Made by a program: the position numbers and the translations under genes. From Acidobacteriota bacterium (GTDB lineage Bacteria; Acidobacteriota; UBA6911; RPQK01; JAJDTT01): 64,000 nt of DNA. Where the stretch lies: contig CBDCJH010000002.1 in the NCBI GenBank assembly GCA_965217775.1, positions 3,520,001 to 3,584,000 of the forward strand. The letters are read 5' to 3'. Of the stretch, positions 60,115-64,000 are shown piece after piece. Within the stretch, counting starts at the first letter, position 1; the number at the start of each line of letters is the position of its first letter. The notes under the pieces were generated by a model. The model did no database searches. It saw only the letters and a list, made by a program, of their open reading frames with translations, and had not been told where the DNA came from.

Positions 60115-62946
60115 TCACCGGCGGCGGTAGGGATACAGATCGAGGATCCGCTCCTCCCCGGGCCTCCGGGGTGGGCGAATCAATCGCTCTTCCTCCAAGG
60201 GAAAATGGGCCATCCAGATGTCTCCCATCCTCTCTTTCAGAGTGAATACGAGTTTGTCCCGGGCGACGTTGGTCCTCAGTGAGCTGGGCGAGACACCTGC
60301 CAGTGACAGGCGGGTCTCGCGAAAATGCCAGACCAATCTGGGATCTCCCACCGGCCGTCTGTCTTTCGGGTCCAGCTCTTGCACCCAGATACCGCGGGCT
60401 CCCCCTCGGTTGGAGACGAAGTACAGGAGTTTTCCGTTCGGGGACCAGCCGGTCATCCCGTCCCGGTCCTGTCCGTCCGTGACGGCCACCCACCGCTCGG
60501 GGGCGATGCCCGAGCTTTCATGGAACTCTTCCTGGCGGAAGGGAGCCACATAGATTCTGGCCTGAAGTGGATCCTCGACCACGGTAAACGCGACCCATCG
60601 GTCAGCAGGGTCGAGCTTGGCCTGAACCACGCTGTGTTGGGGATGCTCCAACAGCTTGAGCCGCCTCCCACTGGTCACGTCCAGCAGATCGACCCGGAAC
60701 CTTTTCCCCCCCCGAATCCGGTCCAACACCAGGATTTCGTCTCCCTGAGAGGACCAGTCCAGAGGCAGGCCACAGTCCTGACAGACGGAGGTCCTGAGGG
60801 TCTGTCTGCGGGCCTCCACTCGGTAGATGCCCCGTTCCTCCGAATCGGATTCCCCGGAACTATAGGCGACCTGGATTCCATCGGTCCGGATCCGGGGACG
60901 GCGTTCTTCTCCAGGACTCTCGGTGAGGTTGGTCTTCGTGCCCGACTCCAGTTCCATGAGCCAGATGTCCCGATTCCCGGAACGGGTGGACTCGAAGGCC
61001 ATCAGACTTCCGTCCGCGGACAGGGAGGGATGGGAATCCTCTCCCGCATGTTGCGTGAGCCGCTGCAGGCGCGCCCCCTCCGGCACGCGTCCGCGATCGG
61101 CGTCGATGGCCAGACTCCAGAGATCCAGGTTCTCGATCTGTGAGGAAAAGGCGATCCGGCCCGGCAGAACCGCGTAAGGCTCCAGCTCGGGGCCGACGCC
61201 GGACGTGATCTGCCGGGGCTCGCCCTCGAGAGACATCGTCCGGGGAGAAATGGCCACGCGCCACAAGTTGACGCTGTCCCCCCGGCGGGCGGAGAAGACG
61301 ATGAAGTTGTCGATGGGCACCCAGACCCCGGGGATCACCAAGCCGGATATTCCAGCCTGTGGCAACCTGGCCGCCAGACCCAACCTCCGGATATCACCGT
61401 CTTCCAGCCGAAGAATCCACCAGTCAAAGTCTTTGTCGCGGGTGGAGGATTCCCAGCCCAGGAATACGATGTGATCCCCCCGGGGAGACCAGATGGGATG
61501 ACTCGCAATCGCGAAACTCTCCGCCAGTTGAGTCCGGGCCCGGCTTGAACTCCAGCCGATGGTAAAGAGGGAACCTCGCCTGAAGCCGCCGCCGACACGT
61601 CCCGTCCAGTAGGCGATGCGGTCGCCCTGGGGGGAGACCCGGGGGCGGCGCCCGCGCTCGACGATGAACCGGGCGCCAGCCTCGTCCGCCAGGGTCGTGG
61701 TCCAGTAGAGACCTCCTCCGCGCCGCTCCGATCGAAACACCATTCTCGTTCCGTCGGGATGAAAGGAAGGCTGGTGGTCGTCGGCCGGGTCCCGAGTCCG
61801 CCGAAAGCCGCCCCCGCCCAGTTGTTGAACCCAGATGTCCAGGTTTCCCTCGCCGCTCCGGTCCGACGCATATCCCAGCAACCGTCCCCGGCGGGATATG
61901 GCCGGATCGACCGTAAGTCCCGAAACCGACGTCACCCGGGTCAGCACGGGTGGCCGCATCAGCCTGGCAGGATCCCCGGCGGTTCCCCACCACAACCCTC
62001 CGAACAGAACCGCTGCCAGAGCCAAGCCGGCGACGGCGAGCTGCCAGAGGTTCAACGACGAAATCCGGCGTCTCCACCGCCGTGGGCTCTGCAACTCCTG
62101 GAGCACATCTTCGAGCGCAAGACGCAGGTCCCGCATGTGTTGGAAACGCCGCTCAGGATCCTTCCGCAGGCAGCGGGCCACGACCCACTCCAATTGTTGG
62201 GGGACGCCACGCAACCGCCTTCCCAGGGGTTTGGGCTCCTTCTCCAGAATCCCCGCCAGCACCCTCGCCTGAGTCTTTCCCGGAAAGGCCTTGCGGCCGG
62301 CAATCATCTCGTAGAGCAGCGAACCGAAGGAAAAAATGTCCGTTCGCGGATCCAGGGGTATCCCTTCCACCTGTTCGGGACTCATGTAGGGAGCCGTACC
62401 CAGGATCCGCCCTTCTTTGGTCTTCTCGTCAATCAAGGTGGGAGAATGAGTCAGATCCAGAGACTCGGAACTTTCGTCGATGGCCTTGGCCAGGCCGAAG
62501 TCCAGAACCTTGACCCTGTCGTCGGGCGTAATCATCACGTTGGCCGGCTTCAGGTCCCGGTGGATGACTCCTTTTTCGTGGGCGGCCTCCAACCCTCGAG
62601 CAATCTCCACCGCGTAACGCACGGCTTTCTTCGAGGGCAGAGAACCTTTTTCCAGGAGCTGCGCCAGTGTCTTTCCTTCCACCAGCTCCAGAATGAAGAA
62701 CTTCTGGTCGTTCGCCTCCTCGAACCCGTAGATGGCCGCGATGTTGGAGTGGTTGAGAGAAGCCAGGACCCGAGCCTCCCGCTGAAAACGGGAGAGGCGT
62801 TCGGAGTCCTCGGCGTAGCCCGGGGGGAGGATCTTGATGGCGACCTGGCGGTTCAAGCGCGTATCCCGGGCGCGGTAGACCTCGCCCATCCCCCCGGCTC
62901 CGAGGGGGCCGATGATCTCGTAGCTGCCGAGCAGATCGTCAGGCAT
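60115..62946 (-). CDS. Ser/Thr protein kinase with TM and TolB/PD40 beta-propeller
   Basis: LGAGGMGEVY, VAIK, HRDLKPAN, DFGLAK, YMSPEQ; repeated SxDG/PD40-like units. Confidence 0.93.
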   Translation of the reverse strand: MPDDLLGSYEIIGPLGAGGMGEVYRARDTRLNRQVAIKILPPGYAEDSERLSRFQREARVLASLNHSNIAAIYGFEEANDQKFFILELVEGKTLAQLLEKGSLPSKKAVRYAVEIARGLEAAHEKGVIHRDLKPANVMITPDDRVKVLDFGLAKAIDESSESLDLTHSPTLIDEKTKEGRILGTAPYMSPEQVEGIPLDPRTDIFSFGSLLYEMIAGRKAFPGKTQARVLAGILEKEPKPLGRRLRGVPQQLEWVVARCLRKDPERRFQHMRDLRLALEDVLQELQSPRRWRRRISSLNLWQLAVAGLALAAVLFGGLWWGTAGDPARLMRPPVLTRVTSVSGLTVDPAISRRGRLLGYASDRSGEGNLDIWVQQLGGGGFRRTRDPADDHQPSFHPDGTRMVFRSERRGGGLYWTTTLADEAGARFIVERGRRPRVSPQGDRIAYWTGRVGGGFRRGSLFTIGWSSSRARTQLAESFAIASHPIWSPRGDHIVFLGWESSTRDKDFDWWILRLEDGDIRRLGLAARLPQAGISGLVIPGVWVPIDNFIVFSARRGDSVNLWRVAISPRTMSLEGEPRQITSGVGPELEPYAVLPGRIAFSSQIENLDLWSLAIDADRGRVPEGARLQRLTQHAGEDSHPSLSADGSLMAFESTRSGNRDIWLMELESGTKTNLTESPGEERRPRIRTDGIQVAYSSGESDSEERGIYRVEARRQTLRTSVCQDCGLPLDWSSQGDEILVLDRIRGGKRFRVDLLDVTSGRRLKLLEHPQHSVVQAKLDPADRWVAFTVVEDPLQARIYVAPFRQEEFHESSGIAPERWVAVTDGQDRDGMTGWSPNGKLLYFVSNRGGARGIWVQELDPKDRRPVGDPRLVWHFRETRLSLAGVSPSSLRTNVARDKLVFTLKERMGDIWMAHFPLEEERLIRPPRRPGEERILDLYPYRRR

Positions 62947-64000
62947 TTCCGGCGTCCAGTTTCTCCACCACCAGAACCGTGAGATCGTCGTCGGCCGAGG
63001 CCTGACCCATGAAGCTCGGGACGGCCGCCAGGATGGCCTCCTGGACCGCGGCCCCTCCGGAAGCCGCCGATTCCCGGACGACGTCCATCAAATGCGCTTC
63101 TCCGAACATTTCCCCGTTCGGATCCATGGCCTCGGTCACCCCATCTGAATATACGACGAGAATGTCGCCGACGTTCAGTCGGAAGGGAACGGAGTCGTAG
63201 GTGACGTCTTCGAAGGCGCCCAGAATCATGCCGCATGGGGAAAGCTCCTCGATCCCGCCGGTCGCCACCCGATAGACGAACGCGGGGTTGTGGCCGGCGC
63301 TCACGTACTTCCCCTCACCCGAGGGTTTGACCCGGAAGAGAAAGAGGGTGACGAAACGGTTGCTCGGAGTCTTCTGGAAGAGGTGGTTGTTGGCTCCGGT
63401 GACGGCCTCCCCCAAGGATAAACTGGAGCCGAATCCAACCTCCAGGACCCCCTGGAGAAAGGAGCTCAGCAACGCGGCGGGGACGCCCTTTCCCGACACG
63501 TCCGCCAGAACGCCCGTCAGGTCCTCGCTGTCCGGATCGAGAAAGTCGTAGTAGTCGCCCCCCACGTAACGAGTGGGCGTGCTGGAGGCATGAACGCTGA
63601 AGGACCCGGAATCGGGAAGGGTCTGGGGAAGAAGAGCGCGTTGCGTCGCCTGGGCCAAGGCCAGTTCCTGTTGGACCCGCTTCCGCTCCTCCAGGCTCCG
63701 GATCAATTCCAGCTTCTCGAAAACGTTGGAGGCCTCCAGGGCCAGCCGGGTCAGGATCTTCTGATCCAGGCCGCTGAGCATGTGCATGGCCTTCCGGCTG
63801 TCCAGGTAGAGGATGCCCCGAACCGCCGGCCGGTCGCCGTCGTCGGAGATCCACTTCAGGGGCATGCAGGCCACCGCTCGAAGCCGCATGTTGACGATGC
63901 TCTCCTGGGCGGCGAACTCCTGGTCGATGCCCTCGGTCATCAAGAGCGATTCCCCTTGTCTGCCCACCTGCTCGACCACGGTACGGCTGGTGCTGAACTC
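62939..64000 (-). CDS. GAF + SpoIIE/PP2C phosphatase (5' end outside the window)
   Basis: GILYLD, VGGDYYD, ADVSGKG, SAGH, YSDGVTEA, DDLT. Confidence 0.9.
   Translation of the reverse strand, partial: EFSTSRTVVEQVGRQGESLLMTEGIDQEFAAQESIVNMRLRAVACMPLKWISDDGDRPAVRGILYLDSRKAMHMLSGLDQKILTRLALEASNVFEKLELIRSLEERKRVQQELALAQATQRALLPQTLPDSGSFSVHASSTPTRYVGGDYYDFLDPDSEDLTGVLADVSGKGVPAALLSSFLQGVLEVGFGSSLSLGEAVTGANNHLFQKTPSNRFVTLFLFRVKPSGEGKYVSAGHNPAFVYRVATGGIEELSPCGMILGAFEDVTYDSVPFRLNVGDILVVYSDGVTEAMDPNGEMFGEAHLMDVVRESAASGGAAVQEAILAAVPSFMGQASADDDLTVLVVEKLDAGNA

Overview
GC-rich bacterial chromosomal window, probably Acidobacteriota (inference from the Ser/Thr kinase-TolB/PD40 fusion and gene context). 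The backbone is housekeeping: tatA, cutA, ftsB-like, dsbD, pyrR-pyrB-pyrC, pyrK-pyrD, an M23 peptidase, coaD, rsmD, recG, ribA, ubiX, SPFH/NfeD, aguB-aguA, ilvB, and several hydrolases, transporters and oxidoreductases. Four accessory zones interrupt it. (1) 12.9-22.4 kb: a duplicated esterase/M23 junction encloses a frameshifted DUF4338-ISAs1 element, an ankyrin plus Cys/Trp-rich secreted-peptide operon, and a three-level nest (IS1380-like MITE > ORF-less group II intron inserted in the MITE terminal repeat > RIT element inserted in the intron). (2) 35.7-38.4 kb: cargo between duplicated aguA 3' ends, then a FitAB/VapBC pair. (3) 44.6-47.5 kb: a lower-GC ABC-ATPase plus TOPRIM-like (DUF3226-like) pair beside a truncated nucleotide transporter. 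(4) 55.3-57.9 kb: toxin-antitoxin and restriction remnants in which toxins are mostly deleted and antitoxins kept. Two MITE families and REP-like palindromes are dispersed across the window. No CRISPR, rRNA or tRNA was seen. All family calls come from motif recognition by eye, not database searches.
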